Below, in pieces: positions 1 through 8,710 of a stretch of 63,331 nucleotides of DNA. The stretch's first letter is position 1. The number at the start of each line of letters is the position of its first letter. This DNA comes from a virus (lineage: Duplodnaviria > Caudoviricetes). The stretch spans positions 1 through 63,331 of the IMG/VR virus record IMGVR_UViG_3300028585_000024; one strand, 5' to 3'. The notes beneath the pieces were generated by a model, which did not search any database, had not been told where the DNA came from, and saw only the letters and a program-made list of their open reading frames with translations. The position numbers and the translations under genes were made by a program.

Positions 1-23
1 TTTTTGATCAGGGTTTCAATCAT
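1..23 (-). CDS. 5' fragment (MIETLI...) of the acidic, low-complexity protein that continues at 63331..62966 across the circular junction
   Basis: ATG at 23-21 with GGAG RBS at 30-33; joins in frame with the ORF at the window end if the first and last 8 bp are treated as an overlap. Confidence 0.75.
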
Positions 24-34
24 TTGCAACTCCA

Positions 35-220
35 TTAAATTGTGAGGGTGGACAGCACTTCGTCAATGCTGGCGATGAGGCGGTGCAGAGCGCTCAATTT
101 GTCCGGGTCCGTCGTGAATGTGGTACGAGCGACGATGACTCGGCGTGTTGCGGCCAATGTCTTCGCGTCTTCCTTCTTCCGCTGAATTCCAAAACTCGTT
201 TTGTCGTATTCCGCTGCCAC
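35..220 (-). CDS. hypothetical protein, first gene of the leftward replication arm
   Basis: 61-aa ORF with AAAGGTG upstream; stop lies next to the RBS of the following gene. Confidence 0.6.
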   Translation of the reverse strand: MAAEYDKTSFGIQRKKEDAKTLAATRRVIVARTTFTTDPDKLSALHRLIASIDEVLSTLTI

Positions 221-334
221 CGCATCACCTTTGTCGTCGATCAGTGCATGGAAAACATCTTCTCATGAGACATTGCGGGTCGTCAAGGGTCTGTGCGATA
301 ATTTGTTCAGATATTTTTGACCTAACAAGGAGGG

Positions 335-652
335 ATGACCAAAATGATTACTTTTCCACGGTGGGTAACGCACCCAGCCGGGCATGAATTGCCCGAGGAT
401 CGCGATGCGCTTCTGGCGCAGCGACGTGTTCGTTATATGGTGGGCTTGGCGGCGCTGCACGCCACGCCGCAAACCAGCATTGCAGCGCTTGCCGACCATT
501 GCGACATCGAACGGTCGCACATTCACGCGGCCATGCGTGACGGCCGATTCTCGTCAAAGCTGGCGCACAAGATTGAGCGTGCGTGCGGTCGCGGTGTGGT
601 CCGGCGCGAGTGGCTTATCTACCCTATGGATATCGAGGAATTGAATCTCTAA
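335..652 (+). CDS. HTH (Cro/XRE-like) DNA-binding protein
   Basis: AAGGAGG RBS; SIAALADHCDIERSHIHAAM helix-turn-helix-like segment; TAATG overlap with primase; same position as the HTH gene of Chi-like phages. Confidence 0.7.
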   Translation: MTKMITFPRWVTHPAGHELPEDRDALLAQRRVRYMVGLAALHATPQTSIAALADHCDIERSHIHAAMRDGRFSSKLAHKIERACGRGVVRREWLIYPMDIEELNL

Positions 653-3213
653 TGACCGACGAATACACTCCGAAGAACAGCGGACCTCTCGCTTATCTCG
701 GTAGCCGGCTGATCGACAATGGTTATTCGATCGTCCCAATCGCAGTTGGTAAAAAAGCGCCCGGTTTCGACAACTGGAGCAAGGCGCGTTCGACTAAACC
801 GCAACTCGACGAGTGGATCACGTCAGGGCATCGCCAGTCCGGCGCCGGCATCCTGACTAAGCACACGCCAGCGGTTGACATTGACGTACTCAACGAAGAA
901 GTCGCGCGCGAAGCTGTAGCGAAAGCGCTTGAGATCTTCGGCGAGGCACCACTTCGTATTGGCCGCGCACCGAAATGCCTGCTTTTGTTCCGCACCGAGA
1001 CCCCTTTCCGCAAGATGCGGTCCAACAAATATCAGGATGAATGGGGCGACTTGCACCAGATCGAGATCCTGGGTGAAGGTCAGCAGTTCGTGGCCTATCA
1101 CACGCACCCGGACACCGGCCTGCCGTACACCTGGCCGAATGAGAAGATCAGCGACGCCGGCAAGACGGTGAAGGCTGGCGGTCCGCTCACCATCAATGCC
1201 AACGATCTGACCGACATCACGCCCGAACAGTGCCAGGCGTTCATCGACTGGTTCGAGGCGCGCGCGGCCGAGGAAAGCGATTGGAAAATCGTGAAGAAGC
1301 GGCGCAGCGGCGACTTGGCCGACATCGACAGCGACAATCCGTTCTTGGAAGACTCGAACGCGGTCGACATCGCCGATGATGAACTGCGCAACCGCCTGAT
1401 GATGGTCCCGAACGCCGACGATTACGACACCTGGATCAATGTCGGCATGGCCCTGCACCACCAGTACGACGGCAGCGATGATGGTCTCGACTTGTGGAAG
1501 GAGTGGGCAGAGACCGCCGACAACTACGACCAGGATGCGCTGGAGCGGCGCTGGGCCGACTTTGCCATCGACGGTAAAAAGCGTGCGCCGCTCACGGCTC
1601 GCTTCATCCTGAAATTGTCGAAAGAGGCTGCGGCCGAATCGACCATTGCGCTGACCCTGAAACTGCGCGATGCGTTCAGTGCTGCGAAAGACCTGGCTTC
1701 GTGGAACAAGGCCCGCGATGCTGCGCGCGAAGCGGAGATCGACAGCCTGGCTCGCTCGGCACTTGCGACGCTGGCGAAGGATCGGCTCGACATCATCAAT
1801 GGCAGCAAAACGCCGCTGTCCGAAGTGAAGAAAGCCATCGCGTACTCGCCGGCAAAGGGTGAGAAGACGCCGAGTTGGGCGTCGCCGTTCGTGTACGACA
1901 CCACGGACGACCGCTTCTACGACACCGACCGCAAGTTCTCGACCACGCAGCAGGGATTCAATGCGATGTTCGACCGGAAGGCGATGACGAAGAAGGATCT
2001 GCTCGATGGGAAAACCACGCCGACCAGCACCGCGTCGACGCTGGCGTTGAACGTCTTCAGGATCACGGTCGTGAACGGTCGCCGGTACGAGCCGGGCGCC
2101 GACAAGATCTTCCACCGGACGGACGGCATCTTCGCCAACACCTACCCCGAGCACGAGATCCCCGAACTGCCGGATGAACTGCTGCCGCGCGACAAAGCGG
2201 CCATCAAGCGCGTGAAAAAACACGTCGGCCACCTGCTCGAAAAGCCGGAAGAACGCCGGCTGCTCGTGGACTGGCTGTCGTGGGTCGTCCAGAACCCCGG
2301 CAAGCACGCCAACTGGTCGATCCTGCTGCAAGGTGTGGAAGGCGACGGCAAGTCGTTTTTCGCATTCCTGTTGCGCGCGGTGATGGGCGTGTCGAACGTG
2401 CAGATGCTCAACGCCCATATCTTGGAGTCGCCATTCACCGATTGGGTTGTCGGCCAGTGCGTCACCTGTATCGAAGAAGTGCGGCTCATCAAGTCGACGA
2501 ACAAGTTCGAGTTGCTGAACCGGATCAAGCCTTTCATCACGAACGACGTGATCGAGGTGCATCCGAAAGGTAAGGCAACCTACGATGCGGTCAACACCAC
2601 CTCGTACCTGCTGTTCTCGAACTACCGCGATGCGCTTCCGCTGGACGATGACGGTCGGCGGTATTGCGTGCTTTTCAGCCAGTGGCAGCGCAAGGACAAG
2701 CTGGACGTGTTCAAGGCCGAAAACCCGGACTACTATGATCGGCTGTACGCGACCATCGTGACCTCGGCGCCGGCATTACGGAAGTGGTTGCTGGAGTGGG
2801 AGCAATTGGACACGTTCAAGGCGAAAGGTGATGCGCCGAACACGGATGCGAAGAAATACATGATCCGCATGGCGCAGCCCGAGTTCATCCAGAACGTGTT
2901 CGACATCATCGCCGAGGGTGATGAGCCGCTGATCTCGAACGACCTGATCGACGCGGCGAGGCTCACTGAAGTGATGATGGACCGCTCGATGGACATTCCA
3001 GGGAATAAGGCTTTCGGTGCCATGTTGTCCAGGTATCGGTTCGAGAGCATCGGAAAAGTGCGGATCGGGGGCGACGTGAGAACTTTTTACACACGCGAGC
3101 CTGAAATGTTCCAATTCCGCGATGATGGTGGCGAAATTCACGTCGACGCCGAAAAAGTTCGGCGCTTCGTTTTGTCGAAATCTGCGGAAATCGACGACGA
3201 TGACGAACTCTGA
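652..3213 (+). CDS. primase-polymerase/PriCT-2/SF3-type helicase fusion
   Basis: N-terminal prim-pol motifs (VDIDV, FVAYHTHPDTGLPYTW), PriCT-2-like DDYDTWINVGMALH, Walker A QGVEGDGKS; start taken as ATG 652, coupled to the upstream stop. Confidence 0.9.
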   Translation: MTDEYTPKNSGPLAYLGSRLIDNGYSIVPIAVGKKAPGFDNWSKARSTKPQLDEWITSGHRQSGAGILTKHTPAVDIDVLNEEVAREAVAKALEIFGEAPLRIGRAPKCLLLFRTETPFRKMRSNKYQDEWGDLHQIEILGEGQQFVAYHTHPDTGLPYTWPNEKISDAGKTVKAGGPLTINANDLTDITPEQCQAFIDWFEARAAEESDWKIVKKRRSGDLADIDSDNPFLEDSNAVDIADDELRNRLMMVPNADDYDTWINVGMALHHQYDGSDDGLDLWKEWAETADNYDQDALERRWADFAIDGKKRAPLTARFILKLSKEAAAESTIALTLKLRDAFSAAKDLASWNKARDAAREAEIDSLARSALATLAKDRLDIINGSKTPLSEVKKAIAYSPAKGEKTPSWASPFVYDTTDDRFYDTDRKFSTTQQGFNAMFDRKAMTKKDLLDGKTTPTSTASTLALNVFRITVVNGRRYEPGADKIFHRTDGIFANTYPEHEIPELPDELLPRDKAAIKRVKKHVGHLLEKPEERRLLVDWLSWVVQNPGKHANWSILLQGVEGDGKSFFAFLLRAVMGVSNVQMLNAHILESPFTDWVVGQCVTCIEEVRLIKSTNKFELLNRIKPFITNDVIEVHPKGKATYDAVNTTSYLLFSNYRDALPLDDDGRRYCVLFSQWQRKDKLDVFKAENPDYYDRLYATIVTSAPALRKWLLEWEQLDTFKAKGDAPNTDAKKYMIRMAQPEFIQNVFDIIAEGDEPLISNDLIDAARLTEVMMDRSMDIPGNKAFGAMLSRYRFESIGKVRIGGDVRTFYTREPEMFQFRDDGGEIHVDAEKVRRFVLSKSAEIDDDDEL

Positions 3214-3233
3214 CACCTGACCAGGTGCTCTAT

Positions 3234-3256
3234 CCCGGCCACGAGCCGGGTTTTTT
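3234..3256 (+). terminator. Rho-independent terminator after primase
   Basis: CCCGGC-CACGA-GCCGGG followed by TTTTTT. Confidence 0.85.
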
Positions 3257-3301
3257 ACGCCCTCACATTTTTTTTCTAAAACGCCGAACGACTTCAAAAT
3301 C

Positions 3302-3467
3302 GCGTTTATAGGGAACATAGAGATCAAAATTGCATCATTTCAGCCTTCTTTACCCCTTTTTGTTCCCTATGTTCTCTATTTCCCCTGTTTTGACTACGTG
3401 TAGCGAGAAAAAAATAATAAAAAGGGGATAGGATTAAAAGTGAAAACAGCGTTTATAGGGAACATAG
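3302..3467. repeat. cosB-like R repeats (candidate small-terminase binding sites)
   Basis: 19-bp perfect direct repeat GCGTTTATAGGGAACATAG at 3302-3320 and 3449-3467, inverted partial copies at 3361-3379, in AT-rich DNA next to cos. Confidence 0.6.
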
Positions 3468-3485
3468 GAATTTCTGTAAATCGGA

Positions 3486-3506
3486 TGACAAGGAAAAACA
3501 GTGTCA
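3486..3506. promoter_or_regulatory. 21-bp dyad operator copy next to cos
   Basis: TGACA-AGGAAAAACAG-TGTCA. Confidence 0.7.
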
Positions 3507-3546
3507 AGCCTTGGTGCTATGGTCATTTTGGAAAAATCGCGTGAAA

Positions 3547-3594
3547 CGGGGCTCAGCGGACCCCCGGAGGCCGGCCACCCCCGAAGAGGGACCC
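3547..3594 (-). other. putative cos site: cosN 12-mer GGTCCGCTGAGC (3562-3551) with upstream cosQ-like GGGTCCC (3594-3588)
   Basis: 12-mer flanked by a CGGG/CCCG dyad; 10/12 match to the Chi cohesive end as I recall it (GGTGCGCAGAGC); cosQ-like heptamer 25 bp away, similar to lambda; lambda-type terminase and portal present. Confidence 0.75.
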
Positions 3595-3964
3595 ATTGAC
3601 CCCGACATCAAAGAATCGCTCACAGGCCCGCCAGGCGACGCCGGACCCCGACAGGCTAGACGGATACCAACTGACCATCGTTCGTTGAATGGCGACCCCA
3701 TTCCGGCCTTCCCAGGCCCATTCCGATATGCAGGCTATCCCCGATATGCAGCTATCCGCGCTATTCGGGCTATTCAGCCATGCGGATATGCCACTACCAG
3801 GCCAGGGACCAGGCCACCACGCCGCGACCAGGGACAAGCCGACATGCGGATACGTCGAGACCAGGTCAGGCCGCTACCGGCCCTCTATGCGGGTTTGAGG
3901 AAAAGAGGAAATGCGGAGTCGTGCGCTACCAGGTACAAGCGCATGCACGTACACGAGGGGAGCG

Positions 3965-4034
3965 GGGGAGACAGGCCAGGCAATGCCGACCAGGGGAGAC
4001 AGGCCAGGCAATGCCGACCAGGGGAGACAGGCCA
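3965..4034. repeat. 28-bp tandem repeat, 2.5 copies
   Basis: GGGGAGACAGGCCAGGCAATGCCGACCA at 3965 and 3993, partial copy at 4021. Confidence 0.9.
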
Positions 4035-4060
4035 CCAGGTAGACCGGGGCCAGAAATGCG

Positions 4061-4082
4061 AAAGGCCCGCACGAGGCGGGCC
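4061..4082 (-). terminator. terminator of the leftward early cluster
   Basis: GGCCCGC-N5-GCGGGCC hairpin followed by TTT on the minus strand, just after the last gene. Confidence 0.65.
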
Positions 4083-4102
4083 AGGGTAGGAGGGGGAGCG
4101 GG

Positions 4103-4330
4103 TTATCGGTTATCCGGTGGAATCCATGGTTGGCGCATTTTCTGGAATTCATCGAATGCGGCGCGATCCTCCGCACATGGTTGGATCAACCACACAAGGA
4201 TGGCCGTGATGATGGCGCATTGCATGGCGTCGCCTTTCTGGCCGATTCCTACCAGGATCAAACAGGCCGCGCCGCCGATAACGCCACACAAAAGCGTGGC
4301 AACCATGCGCGCCAGGATAAGCCCCATCAC
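4103..4330 (-). CDS. small membrane protein (2 predicted TM segments)
   Basis: two hydrophobic stretches; GAGG RBS; GTGA overlap with upstream gene. Confidence 0.65.
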   Translation of the reverse strand: MMGLILARMVATLLCGVIGGAACLILVGIGQKGDAMQCAIITAILVWLIQPCAEDRAAFDEFQKMRQPWIPPDNR

Positions 4331-4527
4331 AGTGCCACCTCTTGAGCGGCGCGCACCTGAGCAAGCATGCCGTCAATACCCTCTTGCATGTCGTCACCCT
4401 CAAAACCGGCCATGAACGATTCGGCGGTATTAAGCGCCGCCTGCATGTAAAGGATTTTCGTTTTGAGTGCGGCAATCTGGCACGCCTGCTGTTCAATCGT
4501 GCCGCGCATCTGCTGTTGATTCATCAT
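4327..4527 (-). CDS. hypothetical coiled-coil protein
   Basis: ATG 4527 with GGAG RBS; tightly packed in operon. Confidence 0.65.
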   Translation of the reverse strand: MMNQQQMRGTIEQQACQIAALKTKILYMQAALNTAESFMAGFEGDDMQEGIDGMLAQVRAAQEVAL

Positions 4528-4544
4528 GGTTATTTGCTCCAGTG

Positions 4545-4799
4545 TTAGACAGTACGGCCCGCATCGCGGGACAGGTAGACATAGAACGCCGCACCAAGCG
4601 ACAGGCACGAAGTAATCGACTTACGCCAGCACACGGCGCGGGCCACGTCCTGCAATGCGACGCGCTCCGAAAAGGAAAGCGTGTGCGGATCGTTGCCGAA
4701 CTTCAGGCCAAGCGACTTATCGAGTTCAGCGCGGATTGCGGCGCGACGTTTCGCACCTTCCAGCGTGCGCAATTTGCGCAGTTCGTTATTGCGGCACAT
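4545..4799 (-). CDS. hypothetical protein
   Basis: ATG 4799 with GGGAG RBS, directly after the upstream stop. Confidence 0.65.
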   Translation of the reverse strand: MCRNNELRKLRTLEGAKRRAAIRAELDKSLGLKFGNDPHTLSFSERVALQDVARAVCWRKSITSCLSLGAAFYVYLSRDAGRTV

Positions 4800-4801
4800 G
4801 G

Positions 4802-5107
4802 TTAAACGCTCCCGTCTTCGTCCGATGGATAGGCGCATTCGATGGCGCGCCCGGTATGCACACATTTCAATTCTTCGTCTTCCCAATTCACCTCGACGGC
4901 CACCACGCGCCATTCATCGTTGCCGGTATGCGGGCCAGCGATGATTGCATCGCGAATCAGCGGCGCGACATCGGGAAGGCCCGCGACATCGAACGCCAGG
5001 CTTTCACCATCGGCCATCACGAAGTACAGCGGATATCCGCCAGGCCAGGCGTACCCGCCTTGCAACAATGCTTTGTTGAACTGGTCAACTCGCTTGATAG
5101 TTGCCAT
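4802..5107 (-). CDS. hypothetical phage protein (YAWPGGYP motif)
   Basis: GAGGA RBS; YAWPGGYPLYF and VNWED motifs that I recall from uncharacterised phage proteins. Confidence 0.75.
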   Translation of the reverse strand: MATIKRVDQFNKALLQGGYAWPGGYPLYFVMADGESLAFDVAGLPDVAPLIRDAIIAGPHTGNDEWRVVAVEVNWEDEELKCVHTGRAIECAYPSDEDGSV

Positions 5108-5109
5108 GG

Positions 5110-5640
5110 TTAGTTTTCCTCTTTCGATTGTTCGATGTAGTCGGCCAGTGCGCGCACCGTCGCATGGTCGTCAAAGCCTGGGATCACTTGCCCGCCAGGC
5201 GTTTTATTCGGGTTGCCGTTCAAGATGCGACGGAGCGCGGCAAGGTCATTGTTTGTCGTCGCATCGTGTTCACACAGCGCGGCGTAATCCGTCGCCTTGA
5301 TCGTCTCATTGTCGGCGAATGCGCGCGCCACGTCGGCCAGGTAGGCATTATTCGATTGCTTGCGGACCAGGGTGACGCCGAACAGTTCAGGCCAGGCGGA
5401 CACGCGGGCCTGTGCTGAGCGCAACACGTAGTCACCACTGATATTCGAGACGTACAGGCGCGGGCCATTGGGGCGCAGCGCAACGACGGTTTCCGATCCG
5501 ACGCCAGGCAGCGGATACATGCCGCACAGCGCGCGGGCCGACTTTGCCGAAATGCGGCCCATGTAGTCGTGCCCGTAGTTCTCACGGCAAGCGTGCGCAA
5601 ACTTGGCTTAGAATGGATGCGATTCTTTGACGATAATCAT
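5110..5640 (-). pseudogene. hypothetical protein interrupted by an in-frame TAA at codon 11 (5610-5608)
   Basis: strong GAGAGGA RBS before ATG 5640; reads MIIVKESHPF*AKFAHACRENYGHDY in frame into ORF 5562..5110. Confidence 0.65.
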
Positions 5641-5653
5641 GGTCTCGTTCCTC

Positions 5654-6331
5654 TCACAGTTCGATGTCGGCGTAGTCGTTCGCCAGTTCTTTGCGCTTTT
5701 CGCGCAACGTCTCGATTGCCCGTTCAAGTTCGCGCCGTGCGCGGGCGTGGTGACGCATCGGGACAAGTTCGGCAATGTCGGTTTTAAGCGTGCCGCATTC
5801 GTCCGACAAGTTGCGCGCCGCGCGCCACCGTTCGCTATATTCGCGCTCGACTTCCGCCAGGCTTTCCGCTTCGCTATCGGCGGCGCTGGCCGCTTCGGAT
5901 TCGTCCGTGTAGACATCGCCGAAATACACACGTTCGTCATTATCGCTATTGTGATAACCGGCGATGAAGCGACCATGCGGCAAGCGCCCGACAATGCCGC
6001 GCACCTTATCTGAGCAATCGTCGTCCGTGTACCATCCTTTATGATTCGGCCCGCCTTCCACTTCATCTGCAAAGCGTTCACCCCTGAATTTCGGGCCTGT
6101 ATGCGTGTACCAAATGGGAACCTTCTTTTCCCATTGCGTACCGGCGTTTTCAGTGTTGAACCCTTGCGACAAGTCACCGTATGAGCCGGAACCGTTGCGC
6201 AACGTACAGTCACGCGCGGAGCGCCAGTCGGGCAGACTCTTGTTAGCGGCGCGGGCGCGCAATGCGGCCAGGCGGCGCGGCGCGTTCACGGTGCGCGAGA
6301 TAGTCAGATACAGCGGTGGAAAATGGGACAT
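5654..6331 (-). CDS. hypothetical early protein
   Basis: 225-aa ORF with AGGAG RBS; helical C-terminus ending DIEL. Confidence 0.8.
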   Translation of the reverse strand: MSHFPPLYLTISRTVNAPRRLAALRARAANKSLPDWRSARDCTLRNGSGSYGDLSQGFNTENAGTQWEKKVPIWYTHTGPKFRGERFADEVEGGPNHKGWYTDDDCSDKVRGIVGRLPHGRFIAGYHNSDNDERVYFGDVYTDESEAASAADSEAESLAEVEREYSERWRAARNLSDECGTLKTDIAELVPMRHHARARRELERAIETLREKRKELANDYADIEL

Positions 6332-6376
6332 GGTTTATTGCTCCTATCAGTAGGATTGTTTGAGAGGGTAAAGCGA

Positions 6377-6778
6377 TTATTTCAAGTCGCGTTTGCGCGG
6401 CACTTCCGCATGGTCATATTCCACACGGCACGTATCGCGGAAATAGATCGTTGGATGCGCGCCAGCATGGGCCGGGAACAAGTCGGGGCGTTTCGCGTGC
6501 ATCGCGTCGCGCATGGCGTACGCCCATGCATCGCTGCCCCATGTTGAGCCGGATACGCGGAATAATTCAAGGTTGCCATCTGTCGTGCAAAGTTCAGCCT
6601 GAAATTCCCCGCCGTTCTTGCCGTACCAGGTGCGCGCCGTAATGCGATATTCCACCACTTGCGAAGCATCGGCCAGCGCCAGGCGGGCAATGTTCACCAT
6701 GTCGGCGACAGGCAGCGCCGCCTCGTTTGCGATCCGGTCCAGCGCAGCGGCCAGCACATCATATTTAACGCGATTCAT
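6377..6778 (-). CDS. hypothetical early protein
   Basis: ATG 6778 with GAGG RBS; overlaps the upstream gene end. Confidence 0.7.
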   Translation of the reverse strand: MNRVKYDVLAAALDRIANEAALPVADMVNIARLALADASQVVEYRITARTWYGKNGGEFQAELCTTDGNLELFRVSGSTWGSDAWAYAMRDAMHAKRPDLFPAHAGAHPTIYFRDTCRVEYDHAEVPRKRDLK

Positions 6779-6992
6779 TGTTTGCCTCTTGAGCAATAAA
6801 GTATTCAGTCGTCATGTCGGCTTTTGCTTTGTACGCGACAGGGACCGCGCCGGAAATGAACAATTCGCCTTTCTTCGGTGCGCGCATCGGTTCGCCATTC
6901 CAACGGGCCATGCGGGTGACAGGTTGACCGTTTGCGCCACGCTTGAACCCTTCCGCCGTGATGCGCTTAAATCCGATTTTCGGGCGCATCAC
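6765..6992 (-). CDS. hypothetical protein
   Basis: 75 aa; GTGA overlap with upstream gene, GAGG RBS. Confidence 0.65.
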   Translation of the reverse strand: MMRPKIGFKRITAEGFKRGANGQPVTRMARWNGEPMRAPKKGELFISGAVPVAYKAKADMTTEYFIAQEANNESR

Positions 6993-8092
6993 GCGGCCAC
7001 CTCTTCCGAAGTCGCGACAATGGAAATGCTTTCAACTTGCGCACCGTAGGACGCGGCCAGGCGTGCGGCCTCTTGTTCAACATCCATGTTCGGCCAGGTG
7101 TTCATGACGAGAACTTCGGCGCGCCCGCTATGCGTGCCGCGCACGGCAACACGATATTGCTTGAGCAAGTCGAGCGATACAGCCATGCGGGCCATTTCGT
7201 TAAACGCGATGTCGTGACAACCGACGACGATAGAGCCATCGGCGCGGATCGTGTTCAGGGTATAGACACCAAGGCGACGGACCAGGCGCGCCGCATCTTC
7301 CGGCGTGCGTTCCTTGCGCATCACGGACAAGAGAACCGGCCACAATGCCTGTGCATCGGTAACAGGAATTTCCGCGCCGTGGGAAGTCTGAATAACGCTA
7401 TGAATGATCGTCATGTTAGGCGACTTCGTGTCATTGCGTGCGACCAGGCGCAGCGCGGGCGGCAAGCTGGACATGCCGATAGTTTGCATAGTTGGATCGG
7501 TGCGCCACGCGGCCAGGTACTCACGCGCTGCGACTTGCTTCGCCTCTTCGCGCTTGCGCAATGCTTCCGCGTCACGCTCTTTCATTGCGACCAGTGCGGC
7601 GCGGACATCGGCCAGGCCGGACAGGTCAAACGGTTCGCACTCGCGTTCGTTTTCCGGCAGCGCGGCCAGGTACGCATTAAATTGTTCGGCCAGGTACAGC
7701 GCGCGGGCCTTGTGTGCGTCGCGGGTTTTCTGTTGAATGCGACGTTTCGTTTCCGCTTCATCCATGGCCGCGTTCATGGCATGTTGCGCCTCGCGCTTAT
7801 TCGTTGCCGCGCCAAATTCCGGGCTGTTGCAATAGACAACGGTGCGATTGTTGAGCGCCGACCGGGCATAAGCCAAATGCTTACTTGTCGAGTTGCCGTA
7901 AGTGCGAGTCGTCATGACGAACACATCAGCGCTGACACGGCGCGCCACACAGAAATGGCGACCGTAGGAGAACAGACGCGCGACGCCTTGCGAATCGGTC
8001 TCGAAATAGTAGTTACTGGCCTTGCCTTCGGTCTGAACCGAATTAGCGAAATAGTGTGCGACCTCTTGATTAGAACTTAAAACTTTACGCAT
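6989..8092 (-). CDS. hypothetical early protein
   Basis: 367-aa ORF with GGAG RBS. Confidence 0.8.
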   Translation of the reverse strand: MRKVLSSNQEVAHYFANSVQTEGKASNYYFETDSQGVARLFSYGRHFCVARRVSADVFVMTTRTYGNSTSKHLAYARSALNNRTVVYCNSPEFGAATNKREAQHAMNAAMDEAETKRRIQQKTRDAHKARALYLAEQFNAYLAALPENERECEPFDLSGLADVRAALVAMKERDAEALRKREEAKQVAAREYLAAWRTDPTMQTIGMSSLPPALRLVARNDTKSPNMTIIHSVIQTSHGAEIPVTDAQALWPVLLSVMRKERTPEDAARLVRRLGVYTLNTIRADGSIVVGCHDIAFNEMARMAVSLDLLKQYRVAVRGTHSGRAEVLVMNTWPNMDVEQEAARLAASYGAQVESISIVATSEEVAA

Positions 8093-8104
8093 GGTGAGAC
8101 TCCG

Positions 8105-8215
8105 TTAAAAAGGGTGAAAGATGACAAGCAAGGCCAGCACTAACGCGCCCGCGTGCGCCAGGTAGTCGGCGGCACGGTAAAGCAATCCATCGGGCGGCGT
8201 GTAGCCATAATCCAT
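8105..8215 (-). CDS. 36-aa membrane peptide (below the ORF-track cutoff)
   Basis: MDYGYTPPDGLLYRAADYLAHAGALVLALLVIFHPF; first ORF after the promoter at 8317; weak RBS. Confidence 0.45.
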   Translation of the reverse strand: MDYGYTPPDGLLYRAADYLAHAGALVLALLVIFHPF

Positions 8216-8237
8216 TGTGCGGCCTGTGCAAAGTCGT

Positions 8238-8317
8238 TGACAAGGTAAAACACTGTCAGCGGGCGTGTGTTGCCCTACTGAAATTGCATTTTACTCGACA
8301 AGGAAAAACCCTGTCAA
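8238..8317 (-). promoter_or_regulatory. leftward sigma70 promoter with two dyad operators
   Basis: TTGACA(8317-8312)-18 bp-TAAAAT(8293-8288); dyads at 8296-8316 and 8238-8258. Confidence 0.8.
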
Positions 8318-8327
8318 CAGGTTTGCA

Positions 8328-8708
8328 TTAACCGATGTAGACGAAAACGGACGGCGCGCCATACTCAACCAGGGTGCGGGCCTTGTGGCACCATTTCGAA
8401 CGGCGCGACCCTTCCGAAATGCGGACTTGCAAGGCCGCGCCGCGTTCGCTCAATCGGTCGTGAAAGACATCTGCGACAAACATCACAGCCGCATCACGCG
8501 AGACCGCCAGCGAACCACGGAATGCGCCAGGTATGTACTGGTCCGGCGTATCGGGCAACTGTGCGTCAATGTTGGACCACACGCGGAAGTGTGCGCGCAC
8601 GCGGGCCAGGCGCAGCACGGCAAGCGCTTGTTCCTTGTCGCGGCACATATAGACCTTGCCGCCGTTGCCGTCCAACGTGGGCGCGGGAAGTTTGACAGGT
8701 GCGGCCAT
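8328..8708 (-). CDS. hypothetical protein
   Basis: ATG 8708 two bases after the upstream stop; AAGGGG RBS. Confidence 0.7.
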   Translation of the reverse strand: MAAPVKLPAPTLDGNGGKVYMCRDKEQALAVLRLARVRAHFRVWSNIDAQLPDTPDQYIPGAFRGSLAVSRDAAVMFVADVFHDRLSERGAALQVRISEGSRRSKWCHKARTLVEYGAPSVFVYIG

Positions 8709-8710
8709 GA

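Noticed and set aside
3190-3213. DDEL as a eukaryotic ER-retention (KDEL-like) signal
   Set aside because: Bacteriophage cytoplasmic proteins without signal peptides; the resemblance is treated as coincidental.
3965-4034. 28-bp repeats as a mini-CRISPR array, given the Cas4-like nuclease
   Set aside because: The repeats are contiguous with no spacers; the DUF2800 nuclease is a routine phage replication gene.
3511-4415. ORFs of 192 and 211 aa across the cos and repeat region
   Set aside because: They cross or abut the predicted genome end, translate to repeat-derived Arg/Pro-rich sequence, and lack an RBS.
5608-5610. Genome-wide stop codon reassignment
   Set aside because: TAA terminates many intact genes here; only one in-frame case was seen.
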